Counted from the whole stretch's first letter, positions 37,300 through 51,582 are shown. The stretch is 63,265 nucleotides of DNA, filler included, from Chiloscyllium plagiosum (GCF_004010195.1; 4 parts of one record of this genome joined end to end with filler, not necessarily neighbours in it), one strand, 5' to 3'. Notes: generated by a model not told the origin, from the letters alone. Program-made: numbers and translations.

Positions 37300-40200
37300 A
37301 CAGAATAGGTTTGAAAGTACTGTATATGGCAAATAGACATGGTTTTAGTCACCTTTTAAGTATCACCTTCTTTCAATCAATACTAAGTTTATCTAATTAG
37401 ACTTCTGTGAAACATCAAATTGTTGTTCAGTGGAACATCTTTACATTTGTGTGTTTGGTGTTACAAATGCTGAGGATGAACAACAAGACTCATTACTGTT
37501 TACAAATGATTGATTCTGAAAATTGAATAAAGAAAGCACTACTTGGCAATGGTGAAAATTCAATCAGTACTGTATTTTGGCCTCATTTCTACAGCAATGT
37601 GGAATAATTAAAACACAGAATTTCACATTCTGACCATCTATAAGCAACAACTGTATGTGCAAAGAAGGCAAAGAAGTTCAGTAACAATAGATTGTCCAGT
37701 TTTACAGACCCCGAAAATGCAAGTTAATCAGACAAATGCTAACCTGCTCCTCTCAATAGCTGGAATACAAACAAGCAGACATCAGAAAACCAAAGCTCAT
37801 ATAATACATGTCAGCCTTAACAATTAGCACTAATATACGAGCAACAAAAAGATATTACAGTAAAATTTGAGAAAAAAGTTTGCAATATACTGTTGCAACA
37901 AACCACAATAAATACATCAAATGTTTGTATAATCATTCATAATAAATACTGCACAGATAAATACTACCAAGGGGACTTTGCTGTGAAAAGTCTTATTACA
38001 ATATATAAGACCCAGGTTGAATGCAGTTATTGAGATTGTGTGGCTTCATAGCCTACCTTCCTCTTTTGGCACAACTAAGGTCACAGGTAGACTGTATAAA
38101 TTCTTGCAATATTCACAGTTTTCAAAAATAGCAATGCAAAGTATTGCCTGTACGGTAAGATTTGAATAAGATAAATTACCTGTCAAATGTGAGTTGAGAA
38201 ACTTCCAGTGTGTATATCAATTCCTTTTTCAATGATGCAAAGTATAAAGTACTTTTCAAAATTTACAGCTAATGATACCACCAATCTGAAAAGTACTTGT
38301 CGATGTAAATTTGTAATGCAGACTTGGACCAAACCTTCCATTTCCTTTAACTGTATTCATGACACAAGCAGTTTACTCAATTTTCTTCCCAGACAAATAA
38401 TTACATAGCTAACTTTTATGAAAGATAATGATCAAACTTTATATTATTTGTACCATCACCAAAAACTAGATGTCTTTTTTGTATATCTTGTCTGTTACCT
38501 GATGGCATTTTCTCAATATTAGCAGCCTTAACATGCTATACCTGTTCAGGCCCAGTGCCTCAAGTATTTTCCACATGGTTTATGATATTAGATAAGGTTA
38601 TTTAAAAAAAAAAAATCCATTAAGACTATATGCATGGTCCCAACAGTGGCCACTGCTCCTTGTGGTGCTGCTAAAACTGATAGTTATTGCATTGGCTGGC
38701 AGATCTCAGAGATAGGACTTTCTCCTGCAGTGTGGTTGGAAATATTGCCCCAAGTGAATTAATGCCCATCCACATGTTAAATGATTGTACAGCAATCCAA
38801 CTGGAAGGGTGCGGATGCTTGGTTTCCCACTGACTTCTTTGCCGCAGTGCAAGTATGTCAGGAGTCAGATGGGAACCCTGGCAAGACGAGGTTCTGTCCC
38901 AAGGCATCATTTTCACCCTTATTACTATAAGGCAATATAATCAGATTTCTTCAGAGGAAATTAGGTATTTTGAATTAAATGCAAAAATTCACACGCTTTT
39001 CACTTCAATGCATGCCATCATACTGAAAAATGAAACTTTGTCTTTTGTAAAGTGCCAAATATTTTACTGTACCTGGATTTTTTTTTTAAGATTTGTTGGA
39101 AATACAGCAATACAAGGTACCTACATGAAGAACAAGAAGTGTGTTGTTAAAAAGTCAATTCCTTAATACTGTAGGTGTCCAACAAAGATAACTGCTGGAA
39201 AACCTTAATCTAAATTTACAAACTCTTGAGAAGTCCAGTGGTTATCTCTGCATGATCAAAAAGTGGCAGAAGAGTACGTTGGATGTTAATGTTTCAATGA
39301 AGTATCTGCCGTTTTCTTTTAAATGGAAAACACTGCAGTTTCTTCAAAAGTGAAAAAAAAATGAAATTTAACCATCTTAATATCACAAGTAGTAACATTT
39401 CTATTTGCTATTATAAATATTTGTAAATCTCGGTGTATGGGTACTACTTTAGGAAAATAATTTTGCAATTCAAATTTTTAATGTACAGTTTAAAAACTGT
39501 ATAAACAAATAAAACCTACATTATTTTGATCCCTGCAGTCACAAGTTGAAGAAAGTTGAGAGTGAAAGAAAAAATACTTAATATGTTTTATCTTTGCAAA
39601 GCTGTATAGAATGTAGATCTTTATAATAATTATAGTAATTTTGGCCACTTTGGTAATCACTTAAACTCAACTTAAACCTAAAGTAAATATATTCAGCCTT
39701 CAGCAACTCATACACCTAATTCTAAGCAAATTTAACTTCAACTCTTACAGTACCTCTGATTGCAGTTCTGAACCAATATTTTCAATGGAGGTAGAGTGGA
39801 TGATGTCAAATTGGGAGGTTGGTTTCAGAGTCTTTCCTTCATTGTTCCACAAGCATTTTGTATGCCCCAAGTAAATACTGTCCAAATGGGCAGTTATGAT
39901 TTATATTCTATTTACATGACACAACTTAAATTTCAAGTAGATCAGTATAAATTCACACAAAATAAAGCCACTAGGCTTTAAGTTACAGCTGTTAAATCTG
40001 TAATAATTACCATATCAATGAATTAGCAGAGAACGCCCAGTGTCCTACTCAAAGGTATGAAATGTGAGGCTTCAAATCATTATTTTTAAGTAAAATTGCA
40101 CTTGGACTTTCAAATCTTTCAATATTATACTTGTTAAATTATAAATATGAAATGCAAAAATTTATTCGCTAACTTAACTGCTGCATAGGAGCAGAATATA

Positions 40201-41724
40201 AAGTTTAATGCATTTTGGGAAGTGAATATTCAACCAGGAAATAATATAGCATAACTTACACCCTCTGATTGCTGCCAAAAGATACCAGAAACTATTTAAT
40301 GGAGCATTTAAATGAGATTCTGATAACTAATGACTTTTACTATGGTAGTTTGAGTGTTTTTCACTATACATAAGCACATCCACACTCTAAAGTGGTATAG
40401 TGAGCCAAAGTAGCATTATCCTGGAATGTCTTTTAAAAGTCACCACTAGACTTCTACATGCTGGAAGGAATGCTATTGACAAATTCAATCTCATTGTAGT
40501 TGAGTCTCTGCATTATTCCATTTTGCGGCTGCTTCATACAGTTAGAGGATATTCACAAGTGAGCAAAAAAAAACTCACAGTATAGCGTTTCAATAAAGAA
40601 AATAAACTCAGGGCCTCAACAAAGTAGCCTGACAAAACAGAAATATTATAAAATAAATACTAAATTTTCACTGGATAAATGCACAGCACTTAGAAAGAAC
40701 TCAACAATTGTTGTAGTAAAGATTTCACTTTAGTCTGCTTGACTGAATAAAATGTATTTCCTTTAGCTATTAGTGGTAACAAAAGTGAATTGTCTTTTCA
40801 GCCCCTCCATTTCCATGCTGTTGGAAGTATAGTTTTTTTTAAAATGGTAGTTTTTTTTCCTATATATTCAATGTTGTCAGATGAGAGATAGCAACAAAGA
40901 AATCCTTATTCATTACAATGGAACTAGTTCAATTGTACGTGCTATAGGTCAAAACACAACATCCTGTTCTAGGATAATTATTATAGCTGCAAGATACATC
41001 AGATGTTGGTTCCACAACTGAATAAAAACACAGCAAAGAGGAACTGCCCACTTACATCAAGCTCAAAGTATCACCTTAATTAAAAACAAAATCTATATCA
41101 TTTCAAACAAAATCTTTTGCTGCTGGCCATGGATCGAGTCATCAGTCTCCCATGTATACAGCTGCCAACAGGAATAATTAACATATACTTCACATAATTG
41201 CACACTAACTGGTATAAATAAATTCACAGATGACACAATAAAATTAGTTTCATTATTTTCACATAAAACAGCACGTAGGTTTTATCCACATGATTTGTTG
41301 AAAACTGGGACCTTAATTTAAATTTTTGAGAATATGTGATGCAGATTAAAAGCCAAGAGCAAAGCTTGTGATATAATTCTTCAATCTGGCTGGGTTGGTA
41401 TCCTTCACCAGTAATGCTTGTTTAACAGTTAAATACTTTCGTAAGTCATAACTAATCAGTGACTAAATGGCTTATACCAAATCACAAAATATCCATTGCA
41501 GTATTTCATAGCTGTGGATTAAGAATTGTATAAAGTCTGCTTCCAATCATATCTTGCAGTCTTTAAAGCATTGAATGTTAGTGGCATCAACTACCATTAC
41601 TGACCAGTTAATCTAAAGATGGTGGTTGTTAAAAACATGTAAACTACTTAAAGTTACACTTCCTTCCTTTCTGAATAACTGGTAAACTGTAGTAAAGAAC
41701 AAAAAAATGGAGTGACTGAGCACA
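37300..41724 (-). other. CSRNP3: Probable long 3' UTR of CSRNP3
   Basis: About 4.4 kb of AT-rich sequence with no recognisable TE directly after the stop codon; candidate AATAAA(-) at 40161-40166 and 37288-37293. True end unknown. Confidence 0.5.
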
Positions 41725-42807
41725 CTAAACAAACACAGTTTCCACTACTGATGTTTTGATAGTCTCTTCTAACAGTCCGTTGCCCTCTGGGAGGATGATG
41801 GTATTTTCAAGTACCTGCTTAGGTGCGTAAACATCCCCATTTGACGTAGCAACAAAATCATCTTGAACATGGTTATTTAAATAACTTTGAAGCTCTGCTG
41901 GAGCGTGGCTAGGCTGTTGCTCAGCATATAGACTGGTACACTGAGTATTATTTTCATGTGCTGAAGGACAACAAACTATAACAGAAGGTGTTGTTATGGG
42001 GTAGTGAGGACTGGTAAAGCTTCCCTCTGGTTGATGTGCGTAGTCAATATATTGCTCTGCAGCTGAGCCATAAGGCACCAAAGAAAGTGCTTCATTCTCC
42101 TGACTCCTCTCTGTGTAGTTTGATGTTAAAGTGGCTTCTACACAGAAAGGCTCATTGCCACAATCTCTGGTAGTGGTTGTAGTGCTGGTGGTCGCAGATG
42201 TGGTTGCAGTATTTCCTTCTATCTGATAATACAGTGTTGAAGAATTAGAGAAATATGATGCATCTTCTGATGGTGTGCTATCATGCGCAGATGTGCCATC
42301 AGCATAACATAATACCGAAGAAAGTGGAATAGCCTCAGTTTGTGTCACAACAGGAGCAGCCAATGCTTCAGTAAAGCTTTCAGCTTTGCTGTCTGGCTCT
42401 TCATCTGATTCACTGGCTGCCAAGCTCTGCACGCTCGAGTCTGTTATGCCACTGCATAAACTGCTCCCATCGTCATCCTCGTCCTCGTCATCTTCTCCTT
42501 GCCAGTCCAACTCCTCTGCTGACTGAAGGTGCATCACTGCTGTTTCAGGTTCATTTTCAATGTCAAAACTATCTGCAATAGAATATTCATGGGGCTGCTG
42601 GCTGTGTATCAGATGACTAGCATGAGCATTCATGTCTCCTGAGAAACCATTCTCAATCCCAAGCTGCTGCTGATTTTTCTCCAACTCCAACTTCATTATT
42701 GTATGCAAAAAGTGTGTCCGTACCCGGATAGGGTTGAACTCAATCCTGCCTGCAGTATTGCTGCAGCCTTCTTTTGTACATCCACATGGGAAAGACATAC
42801 GGTCCAC
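41725..42807 (-). CDS. CSRNP3: Cysteine/serine-rich nuclear protein 3, last coding exon (360 aa plus stop)
   Basis: [44 protein letters not shown] ... LSLVPY ... PSVIVCC ... [11 protein letters not shown]; acceptor tag|GTG at 42808/42807 (phase 0); TAG stop at 41725-41727. Confidence 0.96.
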   Translation of the reverse strand: MDRMSFPCGCTKEGCSNTAGRIEFNPIRVRTHFLHTIMKLELEKNQQQLGIENGFSGDMNAHASHLIHSQQPHEYSIADSFDIENEPETAVMHLQSAEELDWQGEDDEDEDDDGSSLCSGITDSSVQSLAASESDEEPDSKAESFTEALAAPVVTQTEAIPLSSVLCYADGTSAHDSTPSEDASYFSNSSTLYYQIEGNTATTSATTSTTTTTRDCGNEPFCVEATLTSNYTERSQENEALSLVPYGSAAEQYIDYAHQPEGSFTSPHYPITTPSVIVCCPSAHENNTQCTSLYAEQQPSHAPAELQSYLNNHVQDDFVATSNGDVYAPKQVLENTIILPEGNGLLEETIKTSVVETVFV

Positions 42808-43396
42808 CTAGAAGAAACATGCACAGACCAGTTATTACACAAGCAAATGTAAGTGGTGCATCCCAGATTATGGTTACCAATTGAGTGCGTAGCTATCTGA
42901 TAAACTGTACCAAATTCTGTTTATAAGTCACCCTTTTTTTTGGTAATTATTTATTGGTATGGAACACAATGTTGCCCCAGGAAATAAATATTCAAATATC
43001 CTTCTTCGTATATTACTAGCAAAAACAGACCATTTGTAAGTCACCATTGAGTAAGAAAGAACATTGTGCATAACACATAAAAAGATCCTAGGACCAAAAA
43101 AAGGTCATTTGAAAAATATGTTGAGGGGGCAGCAATGTCAATTATTTCTACATTATTTTATATACAGTAATTCCACAACTTCAGGCCAAATAGTGTTGAT
43201 AGCATGGGCATTACACTAAAATACTCTTTCCTGTCCTTTTGCAGCAAGTTACAAAATAAAATGGTTCCCATCTCCTGTCCTGTCACATCAGTTCCTTCAA
43301 GTTGAATCAAAACAAAATATGTCAAGAAATGAGACATGAGAAAAATACACTTGCAACTAAATTAAGTCCAGGGTTCATATAAATGGCACAAATTAC

Positions 43397-43693
43397 CTGG
43401 CACTTAATCCCTGCTTGACTACAAGCACAAAGCTCAGGATCACAGTATATTCGACAATCACAGCCACAATCCTCTCTGGATACACGAATTGCACGAAGTT
43501 CATGTTTCTCTTCTCCATCGATCTTTTTAACCCCAGAAGCCCGCAATAAGGCCCTTCTCTTTTTGGTTGGCAATGGTTGTAAGAAGAAATAGTCATCAAC
43601 TTCCGTATTATCTAGGTCAATATCATCATCAGAAATATCATCTAAAGTCAGCGTATTGGCTTCCTCAGATTCTACTGTACCATTTTTTGTTAG
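43397..43693 (-). CDS. CSRNP3: CSRNP3 penultimate coding exon (297 bp, 99 aa)
   Basis: [12 protein letters not shown]...[58 protein letters not shown]; acceptor tttgcag|CTA, donor CAG|gtaatt; joins in frame to 42807. Confidence 0.96.
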
Positions 43694-45654
43694 CTGCAAA
43701 AATAAAGCATGATCTACATTAATGTCTAGTCAATACTTCTCTAAAATACAATTTTCAAGTGAAGTTTTATAGTTTGAATAAACAGCATTATGAAAAGGCC
43801 AGTATTTACATTTTAATATACATTTTATCAAATTTTCAAGCAATAATTATTCAATACAATAAACTCTGGAGATGTTTATTTTAACAAATCAGTCTTCATG
43901 TTGGAAAAGAAAATTAGTTTATTTAAATAAAAAGGGCACAAGGATTATTTTTCATCTTTTAAGTGTAGCAAACAAAGAAGGAATTTGTGTATCAGGGAGA
44001 ACACAATGCAGCTTCACCAGGAAGGTGTCTGATATGAAGAATATAATACAAATGAAAATCTTGTAGATTAAATAATTGTAAATTATAGGACACAAAAAAG
44101 ATTCTTTTTAAAACATTATCAAACAATGAGCTTAAGCAGATTAAAAAAAAAAGTTTTCAGTACTAAATATACCAAACTCAAAATGGAAATACAACAGAAG
44201 GTCCCAGAAACCTTGTCATAGATAGATGTTATGGAATTCATTTCTAGATTTAGTCGTTGGACCAGAAAATGTGTTAACATTAGAGATAAAATTGGATAGG
44301 TGAAGGATAACTGTTGTTATGGGCTGGTTGAGTCTAAAATCCAGTTTCTGCATTGTGTTTTTTGATAACATGTTCAGACAGGATTCAGAATATTGCAACT
44401 ATGCATTTGTTTGCTATCACTTTGTGTGAAGACAATGAATCCCAAAGTTTAAAGCACTTCTGTTAGGAGGTGTTAAAAATACCACCCTATCAACATAAAC
44501 AATGAAAATGTTATCTTTAAAATAACATTAGGTTTCAAGGAATCATAAGCCATTTTGTGAATAAACTCCATGATCAGAAAATACTGACAATGACCTATCA
44601 ACTGGTATGACTCATGCCTTTTCACGCAAACAAAGATATGCTTTGAATACTTCACAAAAGGAAGATGAGCAATACTTTTGATAACTGTAAGCAATTCTGT
44701 TTTAAAGTTCACTCAATTTATATTTTCCATTCTGATCTATTAATGGCTGCCCCATGTATCAGGATGACCTCACTCAGTGCTCATTTTGTAATGCTTTTCA
44801 AATCTTTCAGCAGTTGAGGGAAGAGCATAATACAGCATTTCAGCCAAAACTACATTTTGCTACATTTGTTTTTGACATTGATAACTGACTTCCCAGTACT
44901 TTTTATCTCTTTGCAAAGTAAAAAAATTGCCTGATGGCAGCCATGTACATAAACATTACATTTTATTGTGGCCCACTGTTAAACTCAGAACACAGTTGAA
45001 TATTAATTTAGTATTTCCAATACTGAATGCACCATTTCTCAAAATACATGCCACACAAATTAAATATATTTGCTAAGCTACCAATATAACAAGCAAAAAC
45101 AGAAATTGGTGGGAAAAACTCAACAGGTCTGGCAGCATCTGTGGAGAGAAAGCAGTGTTACTGTTAGGGGTCCAGTGACCATTCTTGAAACTATCCTCTG
45201 ATTTTCAATATCACAAGCAATTGCTATCACACCTGCAAAGCTTCCAAACTTTGAGTCTACTACTTTGAATCCCAATGACTAATGACAATTTAAAAAAAAT
45301 AGTAAACAGCAAAATCTAGGAAGTTGAAATCATAACAAAATATTAATATTTGGGATTTACCACCTCCTAAGTTTTAGTTGTGATATTTATAATCCATGAT
45401 TTAGCATCTTCAGTCTGCTCCTCCTAGGCATGCTCACGTTTGCTCATTTTCAGGATTAGTACAATTGGCTTCTGACATTTCTTATTTTAATATGAAGACC
45501 AGGTAGAAGAGTTTGCTTCACAAATTGTTTGCAAAACTTAAACAATTGCAGGTTTTCTGCAATCTATTTTAAAGCTGGTATATGGACACTTAATAAAAAG
45601 GCAAAATTATATCATACTACTGTTGAATTGGAGCACATCGAAATATTCCTTTTT

Positions 45655-46925
45655 AATTCATTTGCAGGATGTTGGCATCAATGGCTGGACCAGCATCCAC
45701 TGTTCACCCCTAGTTGCCCTTGAGAAGGTGGTGGTGAGCTGCCTTCTTGCAGTCCACATGCCACTGGAGAGGAAATTCCAGGATTTTGACCAAGCAGCAC
45801 TGAAGGAATGGCAACATATTGCCAAGTCGGGATGGGAAGTGGTCTGGAGTGAAAATTTGAGATATTGGCATTTCCATGTATCTGCTGCCCTTATTCTTTT
45901 AGATGGAAATGGTTATGGATTTGGAAGGTGCTCTATGAGCAGCCTTGGTAAATTGCTGCAGTGCATCTTATGTATGGCACATACAGCTGCGACTGAACAT
46001 GTGTGGTCGAGTGACTGTTTAGGAATGTGGTGCCAATCAAGCTGGATAGTGTCAAACTTCTTGTGTTGTTGGAGCTGCACTCATCAAGGCAAGTGGGAAG
46101 TATTCTAATACACTTCTCATTTGTGCCTTGTAAATGGCGGACAGGCTTTCAAAGACAGGTGGTGAGTCACTTGCTGCAGTATTCCTTGCCTCTAACCTGT
46201 TCTTGTAATCACTTCATTTATATGGTAAATCCAATTCAGTTTTGGCTTAATGGTAACTCCCAGGATATTAATAGTGGAGGATTCAGTGACAGTGATACCA
46301 TTGAATGTCAAGGGGCGATGGCTAGGTTGTCTCTTATTGGAGATGATTCATTGCCTGACATTTGTGTGGCATGAATGTTACGTGTCACTTGTCAGCAACA
46401 AGTTGTCCACATCTTGTTGCATTTGAACACGTACTGCTTCAGTATCTGGGGAGTCGCAATTGGTGCTGAACATTGTGTAATCATCCCCATGTCTGATCTT
46501 ATGATGAAGGAAAGGTCATCGATGAAGCAGCTGAAGATGTTTGGGCGGAGGGCACTACCCTGACGAACCCCTGCAGAGATGTCTTGTAGTGAAGATGACT
46601 GACCTCCAACAACCACAACCCCCTTCCTATGTGCCAGGCATGACTCTAGCCATTGGAGATTTTTCCTCCTATACCCAGTGACTCAATTTTTGCTAAATAT
46701 TCCTTGATACCACATTCAGTTGAATGCAGCCTCGATATCAAGGGGCTGGCACTCTCACCTCATCTCTGGAATTCAGCTCTTTTATCCATGTTTGAACCAG
46801 TGCTGTAATGAGGTCAGGAGCTGAGTGGCCCTGGCAGAACCCAAACTGGCTGTCACTGAGCAGGTGCTGCTTGATAGCACTGTTGATGACATCTTCTAAC
46901 ACTTTACTATTGATCAAGAGTAGAC
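45655..46925 (-). mobile_element. CR1/L2-type LINE, RT to 3' end, with deletions
   Basis: SKVLEDVIN...SDSQFGFCQGHSAPDL, ISAGVRQGSALRPNIFSCFIDDL; 3' end resembles the Deu-SINE tail. Confidence 0.8.
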
Positions 46926-46926
46926 T

Positions 46927-49011
46927 GGGGATCCAAGATGGCGGCGACCCCAGCAAGTCTGAGTCTACAGTGCTCCTCCCAAGACTTGGGTAAAGTGGAT
47001 CACCCACCCCTACCACACTCACCAAATCATTTATAATAGCTGTTTAATTTAATTAGTTGTTTAATATTAAATTTAAACGATCTAATCTTTAGTAAAAATG
47101 ACTAAAGGGAAGGGAGCCCGCAGCTCTCAACAAGCAGGAACCCCTCNNNNNNNNNNNNNNNNNNNNNNNNNNNNNNNNNNNNNNNNNNNNNNNNNNNNNN
47201 NNNNNNNNNNNNNNNNNNNNNNNNNNNNNNNNNNNNNNNNNNNNNNNNNNNNNNNNNNNNNNNNNNNNNNNNNNNNNNNNNNNNNNNNNNNNNNNNNNNN
47301 NNNNNNNNNNNNNNNNNNNNNNNNNNNNNNNNNNNNNNNNNNNNNNNNNNNNNNNNNNNNNNNNNNNNNNNNNNNNNNNNNNNNNNNNNNNNNNNNNNNN
47401 NNNNNNNNNNNNNNNNNNNNNNNNNNNNNNNNNNNNNNNNNNNNNNNNNNNNNNNNNNNNNNNNNNNNNNNNNNNNNNNNNNNNNNNNNNNNNNNNNNNN
47501 NNNNNNNNNNNNNNNNNNNNNNNNNNNNNNNNNNNNNNNNNNNNNNNNNNNNNNNNNNNNNNNNNNNNNNNNNNNNCGTTTAAGGGACTTAAATATTCAG
47601 TACTCCTTACGCTACCCAGCGACGCTACGCTTTAACCATGAAGGATCCGTGTATAACTTCAGATCGCCAGAAAAGGCTAAGGAATTCTTGGACTCTCTTA
47701 GATTAAACTGTAAGAGATAATGGATGTTGGTTTGCCTTTCCCCCCGCTTTGGTTTATATCCCCCTTTTTTTTTCTTACCTTACTGTTTAATATTATCATG
47801 GGGGGTAGGGAGAGGGATTTGATTTTCTCCCCCCCTTGGGGTTGTTTTCTTTTATTATTTTTTGTATATATGTATATGTGTGTGTATGTTATATATAATG
47901 TATGTATGTATATATGAGCTGGGGGCTTTGGTTAATGTTGGTGGGGGGAGATGGTTACCTTATTTTACTTTACCTCTGTCTTTAGGAGCGGGGTTGTTTC
48001 TCCCTTGTTAGTTTGTATTAGTATATTTAATTATTATTTGTTGAGGTTGTAATTTTATAGTTATATGTTTATATGTGGTATTAACATTACCAAATATATC
48101 CAGGTGTTGGTATGGGTGGGGGTAGGGTGCTCATTGTTAACTCTAGCTTTGTATTATATCTGAATTCTCCTCATTTTATTGAGGAGCGCCTGGGTCAAGG
48201 ATGGGGCATTGGTTGGGAGAGGATATGATCGACTTTTGGAGAGGAAGTGACACCCCCTGGGAATGAGGGGGGAAATTTCCACTTAGATATGTTTTATATT
48301 TTTTTTTATTTAGAAATAGTTTTTTATTATACTGTTGTGAGTGTGTTAGAGAGCCTTTATTTTTGTAAATTTTATATGCTCTATGCTCGGGATGTTCTGG
48401 ATAGGGTTTCCCATCCCGAGGGGTCTCGGATTTGCCCAGATGATTATGGTTGATCAGTTGGTTAAGTGGTACACCTGGAATGTCAAGGGGAGTAATTCGC
48501 CAGTCAAAAGGAAGAAAATATTATCAAATCTTAAGAAAGAAAGAGTTAATGTAGCTCTCCTACAGGAGACACACCTGTCGGATAAAGAACACTTGAAATT
48601 ACGACAGGGTGGATTTGATCAGGCCTTTTTTTCTTCTTTTAGCTCAAAAAGCAGGGGAGTTGTTATTCTTGTTCGGAAGAATTTCCCTTTCAAAATCCTA
48701 AAGCAGATAAAAGACGAATATGGACGATATATTTTGATTAAAACCCTCATAAATGGAGAGGAATACGGAATTTTAAATTTGTACTGCCCCCCGGCACACC
48801 CCTTTAAATTTATAACGGAAGCCTTCTCAAAATTGATGGCTTGTGATGCCCGTCATATAATTATAGGGGGAGACTTTAATTGTATTATGGATCCGGAAAT
48901 AGACAGGATTCCCAAGAGTACTGCAGGAGTATCTCCCAGATCTAGACAATTGATGGAACTGAACAAAGAATTAGGATTAGTAGATGTATGGAGATGTCTC
49001 CATCCACAGGG
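46927..49011 (+). mobile_element. L1/Tx1-clade LINE: 5' UTR, ORF1 (47098-47720, gapped), about 720-bp inter-ORF spacer, ORF2 start
   Basis: Starts GGGGATCCAAGATGGCGGCG; ORF1 C-terminus YSLRYPATLRF...FRSPEKAKEFL; ends in an assembly gap. Confidence 0.9.
48440..49011 (+). CDS. L1 ORF2p AP-like endonuclease domain (open up to the gap)
   Basis: TWNVKG, LQETH, RGVVIL, DEYGRYI, NLYCP, GGDFN, LVDVWRCLHP with no stop over about 190 codons. Confidence 0.9.
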
Positions 49012-51231
49012 NNNNNNNNNNNNNNNNNNNNNNNNNNNNNNNNNNNNNNNNNNNNTTAATTAATTAANNNNNNNNNNNNNNNNNNNNNNNNNNNNNNNNN
49101 NNNNNNNNNNNAAATATTTGGAGTTATGCTAATGACTCCTAATAAATTTATTTTTGACAAGAAGAACCAGAAACCAAAGTCTCTTAATAAGTTTGCAAAA
49201 CAAAAAAAGCACAGTTTACTGTTTAGAAGAAATAACATCTCCAGTTTGTTATTTTCAGAAGGAACACACTACATTAAGGGAAGCAGTTAATTGAAAGAAT
49301 ACATATATTTTAATAGTGTGTTTGTAACAACATGTTACTAACAAATAGGCTGGTTTCACTTTTGCTTCAAACAGGGAAATATGAAAATCCTTAGCGCTTA
49401 TTACTGACCAGAATTAACAGTTAACACATGGTGCTTGCGTTAGCTTGACTTGCTCTTACCCTTTTAATCCCTATAATATGTTGTGTTGCAAGTTGGTGTA
49501 AGTGGCAGTTAGAAATGGTGATGTGACCCTCACAGGGTTTCTTGGTTTTGAGCGAAAAAGAAAATCAAATGTGTATCTTCTTCAATCATTATACATTAAC
49601 AATACGATGACAGAACAGAATACAAGTGAATGTCAAACTAGGTACGGAAAGAGAAAAAAAAGGGGCAGAAAGAAAAACGTAAGAGAGAAAGGACAAATAT
49701 ACACATTTAAAATTTAACCAGCAACAATTACAATAATTTCTTTAGAAATCAGCAACTTTTACAAAGAGATTGGAACTTTGTTATGATTTCAGCTGATGTT
49801 GCAACATGACGTCAGATCCCAGAGTGTGAAATAAAAGGGGGTAGAGAAGAGTATGTTGTAAGCAAGGAACTTTGAAAATTTAGAATTTTGATTAAGAATA
49901 GATAATTTCTAAAAGAGATCATTTATAAGGGATGCAGATATAGATATAGCCTTGACAGATCATACATGTTTCTTTTTATTTAGTTGGTTAGGGATTAATC
50001 ACAGAGACTTATTCCCATGTTGCTGCAATTTAAAAAAAAACTTAAATGAGAAAATGAAAAGGATCTAACTATGTATGAGTTAGAATTTTCTCAAAACATG
50101 CACCAAAATAAAGTTTCAACTTGTTTCCCAACAGTACACATTAGTGAATGAAGTCCAGACAAAATAAATCTATTGACAAGAATTCCTCAATTTCTCAGTT
50201 CTAATAAACTGTAGATTTCTAACCAAACTCTCCTGGTTTGGAAGTTTTACAAACTACACTTCTGCTGTGGTAACTGATTCCTTGAACTGCTCTGAATCCT
50301 TCTTTGTGGAGATAAACTAAACTATCTTTGAAAGTCAAAATTGCTATATTTTAAATTGAACTGAAAAACTTGCTTCTGAACTGAATTCAAGCAACCTGCT
50401 CACCCTAGATTTTTTTAAAATCTGGAAACAAAGCTTGTTTATTCTGCTTGCCATAAACACCACAGTATAAACATCTAAATACACTACATCAAACTAATGT
50501 GGATGCTGATAGCTCATTGTCAAAACTAAAAAAAGTGAAAAGCTCAGCAGATTTGGAAACATCTATGGACAGAAATAATATTTAGAGTGCAATACATTTG
50601 GAATTGAAAGGGATTGAAAAATGATGTCTGTTAAGCTATTGACAAAAGCAGGATAAGAGCAAGCAGACAGACAGTGACAGTTCCAGATCAAAAGACAATA
50701 GGGATGCTAATGGTGGTGATTGAGATATAAAGCTGCAAAATAAATAATAAAGGTGGATGTGACTAGCAGACAATAGATAAACTTTGCCGAGGTCAAAAGC
50801 TTGCAAACAAGCCATGGCAGAAGGAGTTAGGAAGGGGGTATACAATTATCAAAATGCTGGACAGTATTTATGCTCTGAAGTTGTTGAACTTAATCTTGAG
50901 CCTTGAAGGCGATAAAGTGCCTAAACATCTTCCCATTAACACTACAGGAGTTTACAGTTACCTATTCTCTGAGCCATATTGGATTAGGTCACCATCCTGA
51001 AAGGCTTCTGACATTTTTTTAAAAAGAAACCCCTTTACAAAAGTAACCAATAGTCATTTGTCACAATTCTTAAATCCAAACTCAAAAAAAAGACATTAAT
51101 TAAATATAAAATACATGTGTTTCTTCACAACTTGCAGTTGCCATCGGAAACAAATGACAAGGCAAAATTTAATGTTGTAGAACTTTTAGAACTAGACAAG
51201 TGATTATGAAAACATCTTTGACCCACATTGG

Positions 51232-51530
51232 ATGGTGTTGTGGTTCAGTGGACTGCCTCACAACACTAGGGACCTGGGTTCAATTCCAACCTCAGATAAC
51301 TTTCTGTGTGGAGTTTGCACATTGTCCCTGTATCGGTGTGGGTTTCTTCTGTGTGTTCCAAGTTCTACCCACAGTCCAAAGATGTGGAGATTAGGTGGAT
51401 TGGCAATGCAAATTGCTCGTAGAGTCCAGGGATTTGTGGGTTCGCCATGGGAAATGCAGGAATGGGGTGAGATGCTCTTCAGAGGTTGGTGTGCCTCGAA
51501 TGGCTTTCCACACTGTAGTTATTCTATGAA
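51232..51530 (+). mobile_element. Diverged HE1/V-type tRNA SINE
   Basis: B box gggttcaattcc; tgtgtggagtttgcacatt core. Confidence 0.8.
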
Positions 51531-51582
51531 ATAACACTATTTTCTTTTGTAGGCAACATATACATTAAACTGCAGAAAGTGA

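Noticed and set aside
1..37300. Exons of a convergent neighbouring gene (GALNT3 lies next to CSRNP3 in mammals)
   Set aside because: No ORF or exon with recognisable glycosyltransferase or ricin-lectin motifs; small exons could have been missed by eye.
43322..43396. ORF-track extension of the CSRNP3 exon (VICAIYMN...) and the 'M' starts at 43699 and 42807
   Set aside because: Intron read-through past the GT donor at 43396; the apparent starts are TTG/GTG codons at splice acceptors.
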